Position numbers and translations under genes: made by a program. Of a DNA stretch of 55,892 nt, positions 8,672 through 18,973 are shown in pieces (position 1 is the first letter of the stretch; each line of letters starts with the position of its first letter). The notes under the pieces were generated by a model. That model was not told the origin of the DNA. It searched no databases and saw nothing but the letters and a program-made list of their open reading frames with translations. This DNA is from a virus. Its lineage: Duplodnaviria; Caudoviricetes. The DNA lies in IMG/VR virus record IMGVR_UViG_3300033513_000008, positions 1-55,892 of that record; one strand, written 5' to 3'.

Positions 8672-9644
8672 AGAAACTGGCGGCACCCCGGCTGTTGAGG
8701 CCGGCACGACAGCGGCAACCACTGAGGCGGCAGCACCCGCCACCGAAGCGAAGGCGGCTCCGACTGAAGCCACCGAGGGGAACCCGGATGAACAAAAGGC
8801 AGCAGCGCCGGCAACAAAGACAGGCGATGCCGAACCCGCAGAGAAGCCGGGCGTCTGGCCCGAGGACTGGCGGCAACGCACCGCAAAGGGCGACGAGAAG
8901 CGGCTCAAGAGACTCGAAAGGTATGCCTCCCCCGAGGCCCTTGCCGATGCCCTCATCGCCGCCCAAGACAAGATCGCCAGCGGACAACTCAAGACCGCCC
9001 TCAAGGCCGATGCAACGCCCGAAGAATTGAAGGCGTGGCGCGCGGAGAACGGCATCCCGGATACGCCACAGGGCTACGATCTGTCGATGCCGAACGGGTT
9101 GGTCTTCGGGGAAAACGACAAGCCCTTCGTCGATGACTTCCTGAAGGTCGCGCACGAGAGCAACTACAAGCCCGAGGAAGTGAAATCGGCGCTGGCGTGG
9201 TACTTCAACAAGCAAGAGGAAGGCAAGGCCGCGCAGTTGCAGAAGATCGCGGAGCGCGTCAAGGAAACGGAAGACGTGCTGCGGGAAGAGTACGGCTCCG
9301 ACTACCGGAAGAACATCACCATCGCCAACAACTTCGTCGCCAGCGCGCCCCCGGAAGTGCAGCGCGAACTGACGCAGGCGTTCCTGCCTGATGGCACGCT
9401 GCTGGGCGATAGCCCGAACTTCGCACGTTGGGTCGTCTCGCTCGGCCGCGAAATGAACCCCATCGGTTCGGTCGTACCGGGCAGCGGCACGAACGCGGTG
9501 CAAGCCGTGGAATCGGAAATGGCGGAAATTCGCAAGCTCATGGGCGACACGAACTCCGAATACTGGAAGGGTCCGAAGGCGGCGAAGATGCAGGATCGCT
9601 ACCTCGAACTCCAACGCGCAATGGAAAAAGGAAAGGGGCGCTAA
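8664..9644 (+). CDS. capsid scaffolding protein
   Basis: Acidic Ala/Thr-rich N-terminus, WPEDWR, GIPDTPQGY, LREEYGSDY, YWKG; located before the capsid gene. Confidence 0.8.
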   Translation: MAEETGGTPAVEAGTTAATTEAAAPATEAKAAPTEATEGNPDEQKAAAPATKTGDAEPAEKPGVWPEDWRQRTAKGDEKRLKRLERYASPEALADALIAAQDKIASGQLKTALKADATPEELKAWRAENGIPDTPQGYDLSMPNGLVFGENDKPFVDDFLKVAHESNYKPEEVKSALAWYFNKQEEGKAAQLQKIAERVKETEDVLREEYGSDYRKNITIANNFVASAPPEVQRELTQAFLPDGTLLGDSPNFARWVVSLGREMNPIGSVVPGSGTNAVQAVESEMAEIRKLMGDTNSEYWKGPKAAKMQDRYLELQRAMEKGKGR

Positions 9645-9647
9645 ATC

Positions 9648-10298
9648 ATGTCACAAATCAAGCACGGCTCGACCACCTTCACCGGGGTCTATGAGCTATC
9701 GGCGGCGGCGCCGCACGGTCTGACAAGCGGCGCAGCCTACGCGGACGGGGAAATCCCGCTGACATCCAACGATGTCGGGACGGATGACTGCGCGCACCCG
9801 GTCACGATTCTTGGCAACGCGGTGACGAACCACAGCGGCAAGAACTTCACCATCACGGGCACCGATGCCAATGACGTTGCCATCACCAACACGATCATCG
9901 GCCCGAACGGCAACGTCACAGTGACGAGCACCAAGCGCTTCAAGACGGTTACCTCGGTAGCGGTCAGTGCGACGACGGGGGCCGACACCTTCGATGTCGG
10001 GTGGTCGGCCTTGGCATCAACGCCATGGGTCGTCCTCAACTACCTGCAATCGCACTTCTCAGTAGGCGTCGGCGTGGTTCTCGTCTCGGGGTCCGCGAAT
10101 TACGACCTCGAAAAGACATACGATGAAGTCGATACCAACGCCACGGTTCAAGTCGCCTACAACGACGGTACGATGGCGGCGAAGACGGACTCTTCGGATG
10201 TCGGCCTGACCACCCCGGTCAAGGCGATCCGGCTCGATGTCAATTCGCACACATCGGGCGTGCTGCGTTTCACGGTGCTGCAAGGAAACAACTGCTGA
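9648..10298 (+). CDS. putative virion decoration / beta-rich structural protein
   Basis: Thr/Val/Gly-rich; FTITGTD...TKRFKTVTSV; lies between scaffold and capsid. Confidence 0.6.
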   Translation: MSQIKHGSTTFTGVYELSAAAPHGLTSGAAYADGEIPLTSNDVGTDDCAHPVTILGNAVTNHSGKNFTITGTDANDVAITNTIIGPNGNVTVTSTKRFKTVTSVAVSATTGADTFDVGWSALASTPWVVLNYLQSHFSVGVGVVLVSGSANYDLEKTYDEVDTNATVQVAYNDGTMAAKTDSSDVGLTTPVKAIRLDVNSHTSGVLRFTVLQGNNC

Positions 10299-10326
10299 AG
10301 GGGGGTGATCCTTTAGTCTAGGGATT

Positions 10327-10351
10327 GGGCGCTTCGGCGCCCTTTCTCTTT
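10327..10351 (+). terminator. intrinsic terminator
   Basis: GGGCGC-TTCG-GCGCCC followed by TTTCTCTTT. Confidence 0.8.
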
Positions 10352-10363
10352 AAGGGCACAGTT

Positions 10364-10393
10364 TTGACTTGCAAGTTGGGTAATGGTACAAAT
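10364..10393 (+). promoter_or_regulatory. candidate promoter for the capsid gene
   Basis: TTGACT-17 nt-TACAAA(T) directly after the terminator; the -10 is imperfect. Confidence 0.45.
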
Positions 10394-10528
10394 ACGCCTG
10401 CTACTCAAGCTGCGGCCCCAACAAAAAGCGCAGCCGGCCCCGCAAGGACACCCCGGCCCCTGACAAAGTTGGATACCCCATAGGCAAATGAGTCGATAAC
10501 TCATCAACCCTTTCGGGAGATTCACATC

Positions 10529-11359
10529 ATGGCTGACACTGCTGCACAAACACGGTACCGCGAAGAGTTCATCGCCGGTTTCGAGCAACGCCAATCCCTC
10601 GTTCGCGGCACGGTCACGACCGACGCGGACATCCAAGCCAACACCTGCACCTTCCTTGTCGCGGACTCGGACGGCGCCGAAGCGGTCACGCGCGGCACCA
10701 ATGGTATGATCCCGGCGAAGGCCGACAACCTCACCCAAGTCTCCGCGACTCTGGTGGAATGGCACGATCTGCGTCGCCGCACCAGCTTCAACATTTACAC
10801 GTCGCAGGGCGATGGCCGGCGCATCATGCAGATGAACAGCATGGCGGTCATCAACCGCAAGATCGACGCCGACATCATCGACGCGCTCGAAGACGGCACG
10901 CAGGATACCGGCACCGTCGAAAAGTTCAGTCTCGAACTGGCGATGTACGGCATCACGATTCTCGGCAACAACGCTGTGCCCATCGACGGCAACATTTCCT
11001 GCCTCATCACGCCGGCCGCATACGCCTACCTGATGCAGTGCAAGGAATTCACCAGCGTCGATTACGTCAGCAACAAGCCGTTCTCGTCCAACCTGACGAT
11101 GTTCCGGTGGGCCGGCGTGAATTGGATCGTGCATCCGAACCTGTCGGGCGCGGGCACGGCTGCCGAGAAGTGCATCATGTACCACAAGAACGCCATCGGC
11201 CACTGCGTCAATACCGAAAAGCTCGCCACGGCCATCGGCTACGACGAGGAACAGGACTACAGCTACGCCCGTACCACGGCGTACATGGGGTCCAAGCTCC
11301 TGCAAAACGCCGGTATCGTCATCATCAACCATGACGGCTCGGCCTACGCCGCGCAGTAA
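10529..11359 (+). CDS. major capsid protein
   Basis: 276 aa; FEQRQSLVRGTV, INRKID..II.AL, FRWAGVNWIVH, YHKNAIG, GSKLLQNAGIV pattern of BPP-1-like capsids; synteny. Confidence 0.9.
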   Translation: MADTAAQTRYREEFIAGFEQRQSLVRGTVTTDADIQANTCTFLVADSDGAEAVTRGTNGMIPAKADNLTQVSATLVEWHDLRRRTSFNIYTSQGDGRRIMQMNSMAVINRKIDADIIDALEDGTQDTGTVEKFSLELAMYGITILGNNAVPIDGNISCLITPAAYAYLMQCKEFTSVDYVSNKPFSSNLTMFRWAGVNWIVHPNLSGAGTAAEKCIMYHKNAIGHCVNTEKLATAIGYDEEQDYSYARTTAYMGSKLLQNAGIVIINHDGSAYAAQ

Positions 11360-11383
11360 TCATCAAGGAAAGGAAATAGAATC

Positions 11384-11680
11384 ATGGCATATTCCACTTC
11401 GGCACCCCCGGTCCTTCTGATGCAGGCGCTCGGCGGCGGCGGTGTGAGCTTCTGGTACCACACTTCGGCGGATGCTACCGCCGCAGTCGATGCCAGCGGT
11501 TTCATCACCAATGGCGGCGCGCTCGGCATGAAGGTCAATGACGTGGTGTTCCACAAGGACTCCACCACGGACGCGACAGCACTGACCACCCACAAGGTTG
11601 TCACGGTGTCCAGCACCTACCCCGGTGCTGTTGATCTGAGCGATGGCACCGTGGTCGGCAGCGCGACCAACTCCGACTAA
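11384..11680 (+). CDS. capsid decoration / cement protein
   Basis: Follows the capsid gene with a strong RBS; V..SGFITN...LGMKVNDVV motif; followed by a terminator. Confidence 0.7.
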   Translation: MAYSTSAPPVLLMQALGGGGVSFWYHTSADATAAVDASGFITNGGALGMKVNDVVFHKDSTTDATALTTHKVVTVSSTYPGAVDLSDGTVVGSATNSD

Positions 11681-11700
11681 TCGCAGTTCAACGCAGCAGC

Positions 11701-11733
11701 CCCTCCTGAGTAATTTTACTCAGGAGGGTTTTT
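11701..11733 (+). terminator. intrinsic terminator after capsid/decoration genes
   Basis: CCCTCCTGAGTAA-TT-TTACTCAGGAGGG followed by TTTTT. Confidence 0.85.
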
Positions 11734-11748
11734 CACAAGGAAACCTTC

Positions 11749-12177
11749 ATGTTCAAAGTCCTGCAAAAAGACTTCACCCCGGCCGAGTTCAAGCGGGTGG
11801 AATACCGGGTCGAAGTGGATGCCTCTGTGTCCGCCGAAGACTTGCTCGCCCCCGAATGCTGGGCACACGTCGCCAAGGACAAGGGCGCCAAGCTGGGCGC
11901 CATCATCGAAGTCATCCCCCGCAACGGGGAATGGTACCTGCGTCTCATGGTGCGCGGCAAGACCGAAACCGGCCTGCGCGTCGCCATCCTGCAATACACC
12001 GAATTCAAGACCGCATCTGCGCCGGCTTCCACCGAATCGGAATTCGAGATCAAGTTCCGAGGGCGTGCTGGATGGAGTGCGGTGCGGAAGTCGGACAAGT
12101 CTGTCGTGTTCGAGGGCGGCACTGCCCGCGAGGACGCGGAGAAGTACGTGACCGAACAAGAAACCGCACTGGCATAA
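11749..12177 (+). CDS. hypothetical protein in the head-tail region
   Basis: AAGGA RBS; ORF between capsid and tail adaptor. Confidence 0.75.
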   Translation: MFKVLQKDFTPAEFKRVEYRVEVDASVSAEDLLAPECWAHVAKDKGAKLGAIIEVIPRNGEWYLRLMVRGKTETGLRVAILQYTEFKTASAPASTESEFEIKFRGRAGWSAVRKSDKSVVFEGGTAREDAEKYVTEQETALA

Positions 12178-12181
12178 CACC

Positions 12182-12826
12182 ATGACCGACCGCCTCTCAC
12201 TCTACAACGGCGCCCTGCAAGTCGCAGGGGAACGTGATCTCGCGTCGCTGACAGAGAATTGCCCCCCCCGGCGTTACCTCGACTCCGTGTGGAACAGAGG
12301 GGCGGTCGATTACGTTCTTGGTGCGGGGCAGTGGAAGTTCGCTACCCGTAGCGTGGAATTGCTGGCCGACACGACGGTGGAACCCTCTTTTGGTTTCGCC
12401 TACGCCTACGAGATTCCCACCGATCATATCCGCACCGTTGCGTTGTGCTCGGACGAGTTCTTCAAGTGCCCCATCTTGCAGTACAACAAGGAACAGAACT
12501 ACATTTTCACCGACCTCGAACCGATCTACCTTCGGTACGTCAGCAACCACGCCGACTACGGCAGCGACTACACGCTCTGGCCCGCTGACTTCGTGGAGTA
12601 TGTGCATGCCTATCTGGCATTCAAGATCAGCAAGAAGCTGAACCAGAGCAACGAAGACCAGCAATCGCTGTTCTCGCTCGCAAAGCGTCTTCTCTCGGAC
12701 GCCAAATCTTCCGACGCAATGGAAGGCCCGACCGTGTTTCCGCCCGCAGGGCGCCTCGTTCGCGCGAGACGCGGGGGCAGTTCCGGCACTCAGGATCGGG
12801 GAAGTCGCAACCAACTCATAGGGTAA
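12182..12826 (+). CDS. tail tubular protein A (adaptor)
   Basis: YNGAL...GE, WKFATR..L, FAYAYEIPTD, LRYVS, YLAFKI motifs of gp11-like adaptors. Confidence 0.85.
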   Translation: MTDRLSLYNGALQVAGERDLASLTENCPPRRYLDSVWNRGAVDYVLGAGQWKFATRSVELLADTTVEPSFGFAYAYEIPTDHIRTVALCSDEFFKCPILQYNKEQNYIFTDLEPIYLRYVSNHADYGSDYTLWPADFVEYVHAYLAFKISKKLNQSNEDQQSLFSLAKRLLSDAKSSDAMEGPTVFPPAGRLVRARRGGSSGTQDRGSRNQLIG

Positions 12827-12833
12827 CGGCACC

Positions 12834-15500
12834 ATGGAAACCCACCCGGTTCTATTGGCCTTCAACCGGGGGATGGTGTCCCCGCTTGCTACGGCCCGCG
12901 TCGATCTGAAGCGCATGGCGCTCTCGGCGGAAGTACAAACCAACTGGATGCCCCGCGTGCTTGGCGCGATGATGCTGCGCCCCGGTACCCGCCTGATCGG
13001 CAACACATATATGTACGCCGCTGGGGTGTATCTCCCCTTCGTATTCTCCACCGACGACACCGCGCTGCTGGAACTCACGGACTATCGCCTGCGCGTGTTC
13101 ATCAACGATACGCCGCTGACGCGCGTGGCCGTCTCGTCCGCCGTGTCGAATGGCGAATTCACGACCGATCTTACTGGCTGGACGGACAGCGACGAATCGG
13201 GTGGAGTTTCCTCATGGTCTGCGCTGGGCGGTGGAAGCCTTGCGTTAATAGGCAACGGGACCGCTTCCGCCATGCGGGATCAGCAGATAACTGTTGCCGC
13301 TGGTGACCAAAATAAGGAGCATGGCCTAGCAATATTTGTCGCTCGAAGCAACGTGGTTCTTCGTGTTGGCTCGACGCAGGGGGGCGTGGATTACATAGAC
13401 GCAATCGCCCTCGGGCCGGGGGCGCACTCTATCGCTTTTACCCCGACGGGGAATTTCTGGATTCGGTTGTCATCAAATAGCCCGACAACCGCTTTGATTA
13501 ACTCAGTCGCCGTTGAGTCTGCGGGGGTTGTGTCTCTCACCACAATTTGGCCTGCCTCCACTATCAAGGACGTTCGCTTCGATCAATCTGGCGACGTTGT
13601 GTTTTGTGCCTGCTATGGGTACCGCCAACAGCGCATAGAACGGCAGGCGGCAAGGTCGTGGTCGGTCGTGGATTATGTGTCCAGTGATGGGCCTTTTAGA
13701 TTTATGAACACGACACTGACTACGCTTACGGCGGGGGCGTTGTCCGGTAGTACGTCTCTTACCGCATCAAAGCCGACGTTTAAGACCACGAATGTTGGGT
13801 CGTTGTACCGCCTATCCTCGTCTGGTCAGAATGTGGTGAGTCCCATCACGGCCGAGAACATATTCACTGATCCTATCAGAGTAACGGGGATAGACAGCGG
13901 ACGCATATTCGCGGTAAATATATCTGGTACTTGGTCCGCTACCGTTACCTTGCAGCGGTCTGTTGGGGATGTGGGCGATTGGACGGATGTCGAGGACTAT
14001 ACGGTAAATACGATAAAGTCGTTCGACGATACCCTCGACAATCAGATCATATATTATCGCCTAGGAGTCAAAACCGGGAACTTCACGTCCGGTTCAGTTT
14101 CTGCGGGTCTAGCCTACGCGGCAGGCTCCATTGAAGGGATTTGTGTGGTCACAGGCTTCACAAGTTCAACGGTGGTAAGTGTTGATGTGGTGAAGAATTT
14201 CGGTAGCACGACCGCCACGGATACCTGGTGGGAAGGGGAGTGGTCGCCAAGACGTGGATACCCCTCTTCTGTAGCGTTTCACGACGGGCGGCTTTGGTGG
14301 GCTGGTAAGGATTTGATCGCAGGTTCGGTATCGGACGACTTCACTAGTTTCGACGATACGGTAGAGGGAGACTCTGGCCCGATTACGCGGAGCATCGGCT
14401 CCGGCCCGGTGGATAGGATCAACTGGTTGCTTCCTCTGACCTGTTTGATTGTTGGGGCGCAGAGTGCGGAACTGACGGCCAAGGCTAGCTCGCTGGATGA
14501 ACCGCTGACCCCCACAGCGTTCAGTATGAAGTCGTCTTCTACGTTGGGTTCCGCTTCTACCAGAGCGGTGAAGATAGACGGCGGTGGTGTGTTCGTGCAG
14601 CGCGGCGGTGCGCGCGTGTATGAACTTCAGATGGACCCGTACAGCCTGAACTACTCGGCCGAAGACCTAACGGCCATCGTGCCCGAGGTTGGCTTGGGTG
14701 GTATTCTTCACATCGCGGTGCAACGCACCCCCGACACCCGCATCCACTGCGTCCGCACGGACGGCAAGGTGGCGATCATGATCCATGACCGTTTGGAGAA
14801 GGTGACGTGCTGGGTGCTGTACGAGACGGACGGCGTGGTGGAGGATGCCGTCGTTCTGCCGGGGTCCGGCGAAGACGTGGTGTATTACCTCGTCAAGCGC
14901 ACGATCAACGGGACCGACAAGCGCTACCTTGAAAAGTGGGCGCTCGAAAGCGAAGCCAAGGGCGCCGCCTGCACGATCCTGACGGACAGCACCTACACCT
15001 TCACCAGCGGTGGTGCAGCCACCACGGCGGTTACTGGATTGTCGCATCTGGAAGGCGAAACTGTCGCGGTGTGGGGCAACAGCAAAGACCTTGGCACCTA
15101 CACCGTAGCAAGCGGCGCGATTACGCTGTCCGAGGCTGTGACGACGGCGTACATCGGCCTGCCGTATGAAGCCGACTTCACGAGCGCCCCGTTCGCGGAT
15201 GCGAGCCAGATTCTTCTGAGCCAGAAACAACAACTGCACCACGTCGGCCTGATCCTCGCGGACACGCACGCGCAGGGGATCACCTTCGGCATGGATGCAA
15301 ACTACATGTCATCCATGCCCCTGATCGACAACGAGGGCGCGGCGGTGGATCAGGACTCGATCTGGTCAAGCTACCGCGCCGACAGCATTCCTGTGGAGGG
15401 GAATTGGAGCAACAACGCGCGGTTGCTTCTGCACGCGGAAAGCCCCCGCGCCTGCACGGTGCTCGCAGCGATCCTCTCGGTGACAGGCCATGACAAGTAA
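12834..15500 (+). CDS. tail tubular protein B (nozzle)
   Basis: AFNRGMVSP...RVDL, LRPGT, QSGDVVF, GYPSSVAFHDGRLWWAG, LSHLEGETVAV, IGLPY. Confidence 0.9.
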   Translation: METHPVLLAFNRGMVSPLATARVDLKRMALSAEVQTNWMPRVLGAMMLRPGTRLIGNTYMYAAGVYLPFVFSTDDTALLELTDYRLRVFINDTPLTRVAVSSAVSNGEFTTDLTGWTDSDESGGVSSWSALGGGSLALIGNGTASAMRDQQITVAAGDQNKEHGLAIFVARSNVVLRVGSTQGGVDYIDAIALGPGAHSIAFTPTGNFWIRLSSNSPTTALINSVAVESAGVVSLTTIWPASTIKDVRFDQSGDVVFCACYGYRQQRIERQAARSWSVVDYVSSDGPFRFMNTTLTTLTAGALSGSTSLTASKPTFKTTNVGSLYRLSSSGQNVVSPITAENIFTDPIRVTGIDSGRIFAVNISGTWSATVTLQRSVGDVGDWTDVEDYTVNTIKSFDDTLDNQIIYYRLGVKTGNFTSGSVSAGLAYAAGSIEGICVVTGFTSSTVVSVDVVKNFGSTTATDTWWEGEWSPRRGYPSSVAFHDGRLWWAGKDLIAGSVSDDFTSFDDTVEGDSGPITRSIGSGPVDRINWLLPLTCLIVGAQSAELTAKASSLDEPLTPTAFSMKSSSTLGSASTRAVKIDGGGVFVQRGGARVYELQMDPYSLNYSAEDLTAIVPEVGLGGILHIAVQRTPDTRIHCVRTDGKVAIMIHDRLEKVTCWVLYETDGVVEDAVVLPGSGEDVVYYLVKRTINGTDKRYLEKWALESEAKGAACTILTDSTYTFTSGGAATTAVTGLSHLEGETVAVWGNSKDLGTYTVASGAITLSEAVTTAYIGLPYEADFTSAPFADASQILLSQKQQLHHVGLILADTHAQGITFGMDANYMSSMPLIDNEGAAVDQDSIWSSYRADSIPVEGNWSNNARLLLHAESPRACTVLAAILSVTGHDK

Positions 15501-15867
15501 GATCGTCTTCCGCCCGCTGACTAAAGCGGATTTGCTATGCTTCTCCGATGGCATAGCGATACCGCAATCTGTGCGTGGTTTTGCTGGAGAGGTCGATGGT
15601 AGGCTGTTGGGTGTTGGCGGTGTCAGTTACGAAGGAGGCCGACTCGTGGCCTTCAGCGAACTTACCCCCGAGGGCAGGAGAAATAAGAAAGCCATCGTAA
15701 GGGGGAGTAGGATGCTGCTTGAACTTATAGCCGAATACAAGCGGTCTATATACGCGGTACCCGACAAGAACAAACCAACGGCCGCATACTTCCTAGTCAA
15801 ACTCGGATGGAGACCTTCGGGGCAGTTCAACTCCGAGGGCGACGAAATTTTCGTGAGGGGACACTAA
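15490..15867 (+). CDS. GNAT-fold virion assembly protein (T7 gp13-like position)
   Basis: FRPLTKADL...LLGVGG...AAYFLVKLGW; synteny. Confidence 0.6.
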   Translation: MTSKIVFRPLTKADLLCFSDGIAIPQSVRGFAGEVDGRLLGVGGVSYEGGRLVAFSELTPEGRRNKKAIVRGSRMLLELIAEYKRSIYAVPDKNKPTAAYFLVKLGWRPSGQFNSEGDEIFVRGH

Positions 15868-16622
15868 TGGCTTTTTTATTTCCAGCAATGGCGGGGGCGG
15901 GGGCAGCCGCTGGGGCCGCTGCCGGGGCAACAGCCGCTGGGGCTGGTATAGCGGCGGGAGCGGCAAGTGCTATGTCGCTGGGCACGGCTATATCAATCGG
16001 TAGCACCATACTTTCTCTTGCGGGAGCGGGAAGCCAAGCCGACGCGATGCAAGAAGCCGCAGCCGCCAACGCCGCCAACGCGCAGGCCGTTGCCAACGCT
16101 AACGCCGCCAACGCCAACGCCATCGCGCAGGCCAACGCCGAGTCGATGCGTATTTCGGCCGAAGCCAACAAGAAGCAACTAGACTATCAAGCCGGGCAGG
16201 AAGAGGCCATGGCACAGCGACAGGCCATCGAAGACCGGCACAAGGCCACCCTGATGCTTTCGCGGGCGCAGGCAGTGGCCGCAGCATCCGGTGGCGGTGC
16301 TTTGAGCGAATCCCTCATGTCGGGCATCCTCAACCAAGGTGAATTGCAGGCCGGGTACAGCATGTATGCCGGCACAGAGAAGGCCAAGGGACTGCGATAT
16401 CAGGGGGACATCGCGCTGTACGACGCTCTGAGCAAAGGCAACATCATGAAAACGGAAGCGTACAACACGGGCAACATCGAGCGGATCGCTGCCGGCAACC
16501 AAGGTTCGGCCGGTATAGCCGATGCATCGAACCGCGCGACCGCGACGCTCATCGGCGGCGCGGCGACGGCGGGCACCATGTTCTCCCGCCTTGCCCCCTC
16601 CGATCCCTACGGGAACAAGTAA
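15867..16622 (+). CDS. internal virion (ejection) protein 1
   Basis: Gly/Ala-rich hydrophobic N-terminus, Ala/Asn coiled coil, AQAVAAASGG; TAATG coupling. Confidence 0.75.
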   Translation: MAFLFPAMAGAGAAAGAAAGATAAGAGIAAGAASAMSLGTAISIGSTILSLAGAGSQADAMQEAAAANAANAQAVANANAANANAIAQANAESMRISAEANKKQLDYQAGQEEAMAQRQAIEDRHKATLMLSRAQAVAAASGGGALSESLMSGILNQGELQAGYSMYAGTEKAKGLRYQGDIALYDALSKGNIMKTEAYNTGNIERIAAGNQGSAGIADASNRATATLIGGAATAGTMFSRLAPSDPYGNK

Positions 16623-16624
16623 CC

Positions 16625-18973
16625 ATGGCCCGCCTACCCGCCCCCGAAGACTATGGTGTAAGCATTCCTCGCCCCTCGCGGGGTGTTGTCGATGTGCCGG
16701 TCGCCATGCAGCACACTACCCGGCAGGTTCCCACCGAGGTCAAGCCGGATGTCTATACTGGCGAAGCCTTGCAACAAGCCGGCAAGATGATCTTCAATGA
16801 AGTCGAACGGCGCACGGTCGAGATAGAGGCGCTGAAGAAGCAAGAGCAAGCAAAGCTTGATTCGCTCAAGGCGCAAGACGCCCTCACGCAGATCAGACAA
16901 GCTCGGTTCGATCTCACGATGGGCGACAATGGCGCGCTCAAGGTGCAAGGCGGGAACGTCCTCAGCCCGACATACCTGAGCGGGTACAAGGATCAACTGG
17001 ACACGAAGGTGACGGGCATCATGGCGAACCTGTCTCCGACGCAGCAGGCGATGCTGAAGCCCCACGCCGACAACGAAGTGCTGGGCCTGCAATCGGACAT
17101 CCTGCGGCATTCGATGGGGGAAGCCGACAAATACAAAGAGATCGTTCAGAAAGGCAATGTCGATACCATCGCGAGCATCGGGGCGTCGTCGTGGAACGAT
17201 CCCGCCAAGTTCGAGCAACAACAGATGCTCTTGGACAAGCAAGTCGAACAGACGGCGCGCGAACGCGGTATCACCAGTGACACCCCCGAGGGTATGAACA
17301 CCATCAGCGCCATGCGGCGCAAGGTGCAGTCCCCCATGCTGGTGGCTGCCGTCGTCACGGCATTGGACAACCGCGACGTGAAGCGCGCACGGCAGATATT
17401 CGACGAGAACTCATTCTCCATCGACCCCGACAAAAAACTCATATTGGCCGACCAGATCACCAAACAGGAAGACGCTTTTAGCGTTCAAAGTGGATCGGCG
17501 GATTTCCTAACGAACAAGGTCTATCCTCAGCAAACCACCACCCGCAAGTTGGAAAACGTCGTTCTTGGAAAGACGGGCCTCGCGGCGGCGATCACCACAG
17601 GGGAGTCTGGTGGTTTGGGTGACACGCAAGCGCAGATTCGCGGCCCGGTTATCCAGTCTGGTCCCATGAAGGGGCAACAAGCGGTGGGTCCGCACCAGAT
17701 TATGCCGTCCTCCGCGAAGCAAGATGCAGCCGAAGCCGGCATACCATGGGATGAGAACCTGTTCTATGGGGACACCAGACCCGGCACACCGGGGCGGCAG
17801 TATCACGACGCGCTGCAACAAGCTCACTTGGCGCGACTCATAAAGATATTCCCGAGGGCTGAGGAAATCGTCGCGGCATACAATACCGGCGAGAAGAATG
17901 TCATCGAGGCCAAGAAAAAGTTCGATGCCGCGATGAAACTGAAGAGTTCGGGTGTCGATCCCGTGTTGCCAATGGGCGCGGACCCGAACGACTTTTCCTT
18001 CCTCGACTTCCTTCCGAAACCCAGCGAGACGAAGCCGTATGTCAAGAAGGTCATGGCTGAGATAAAGGCACAACCCGACATCGTGGCCCCGAGCAAGCAA
18101 GACATTGAAATTGAAATGGCGAAGCGGTATCCAGGTCGCCCCGATCTGGCTGCGGAGGCAACCAAACAAGTTGAGCATTCCATCGACCTTATGAAGGAAG
18201 GGCGGAAGTCGGAGATTGAACAGACCGAGGAAAAGCTCTATGGCTATATGAATCAAGGCAAGACCTTTCAAGAAATACCTGTTGAATTATTGTCGAAATT
18301 GCCGATGCAGAACCAAGACAAGATGCGCGAGGTTTTCGCCAAGCACATCAGTGGTGCTCCGCGCGACAGCAACCAAGGTCTTCTGACGAACATAAATTCT
18401 GATCCGAATTACCTCGCCCGTATCCCTAATGCAGCATGGAATGGCCCGGTTAGAACACAACTATCTGAATATGACTGGAACCGCTTCGACAAGCAACGGT
18501 CGGCGCGGTTGGGCGGCGATGTCAAGGCCGCAGAGACGGTGGATTCAGGCGCTGTGCATTCACTGCTTACGTCGCGGTTCGATATGCTGGAGATATACCC
18601 CCCGAAGGACAAGGGCACCAACAGGGTGTGGGAGGCGCAGATTAATTCCGCACAGGGCGTTCTGGAACAGGCGGTCCTTGACAGGCAAAAGCGGTTGGGG
18701 CGACAACTCACTGACGTGGAAATGAAGCAAGTCGTGAATGACCAATTCACCCACAACATCAAATTCCAGAACTCGTTCCTAGGGTACCCGCTGCCGGATT
18801 GGATGCCGGGTGGCGGCGTGTCCGTCACGAACATTATGACCATGAAGTTCGATGACGTTCCTGCGGAAGCGGTAAGCACACTGAAGAAGAAGCTGAAGGA
18901 CGGCGGTATTCCCGCGCCTACGAACACACAAATCCTCACCCTCTACAAACAACTCCAATTGGGTATGAAGTAA
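16625..18973 (+). CDS. internal virion (ejection) protein 2 with a lytic transglycosylase (SLT-like) domain
   Basis: GESGG...AVGPHQIMPSSA...AAYNTGE...ETKPYVKKV at about 17600-18050. Confidence 0.85.
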   Translation: MARLPAPEDYGVSIPRPSRGVVDVPVAMQHTTRQVPTEVKPDVYTGEALQQAGKMIFNEVERRTVEIEALKKQEQAKLDSLKAQDALTQIRQARFDLTMGDNGALKVQGGNVLSPTYLSGYKDQLDTKVTGIMANLSPTQQAMLKPHADNEVLGLQSDILRHSMGEADKYKEIVQKGNVDTIASIGASSWNDPAKFEQQQMLLDKQVEQTARERGITSDTPEGMNTISAMRRKVQSPMLVAAVVTALDNRDVKRARQIFDENSFSIDPDKKLILADQITKQEDAFSVQSGSADFLTNKVYPQQTTTRKLENVVLGKTGLAAAITTGESGGLGDTQAQIRGPVIQSGPMKGQQAVGPHQIMPSSAKQDAAEAGIPWDENLFYGDTRPGTPGRQYHDALQQAHLARLIKIFPRAEEIVAAYNTGEKNVIEAKKKFDAAMKLKSSGVDPVLPMGADPNDFSFLDFLPKPSETKPYVKKVMAEIKAQPDIVAPSKQDIEIEMAKRYPGRPDLAAEATKQVEHSIDLMKEGRKSEIEQTEEKLYGYMNQGKTFQEIPVELLSKLPMQNQDKMREVFAKHISGAPRDSNQGLLTNINSDPNYLARIPNAAWNGPVRTQLSEYDWNRFDKQRSARLGGDVKAAETVDSGAVHSLLTSRFDMLEIYPPKDKGTNRVWEAQINSAQGVLEQAVLDRQKRLGRQLTDVEMKQVVNDQFTHNIKFQNSFLGYPLPDWMPGGGVSVTNIMTMKFDDVPAEAVSTLKKKLKDGGIPAPTNTQILTLYKQLQLGMK

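Noticed and set aside
11340-11400. Programmed frameshift or readthrough extending the capsid
   Set aside because: No slippery heptamer was seen; the stop is TAA and the next gene has its own strong RBS.
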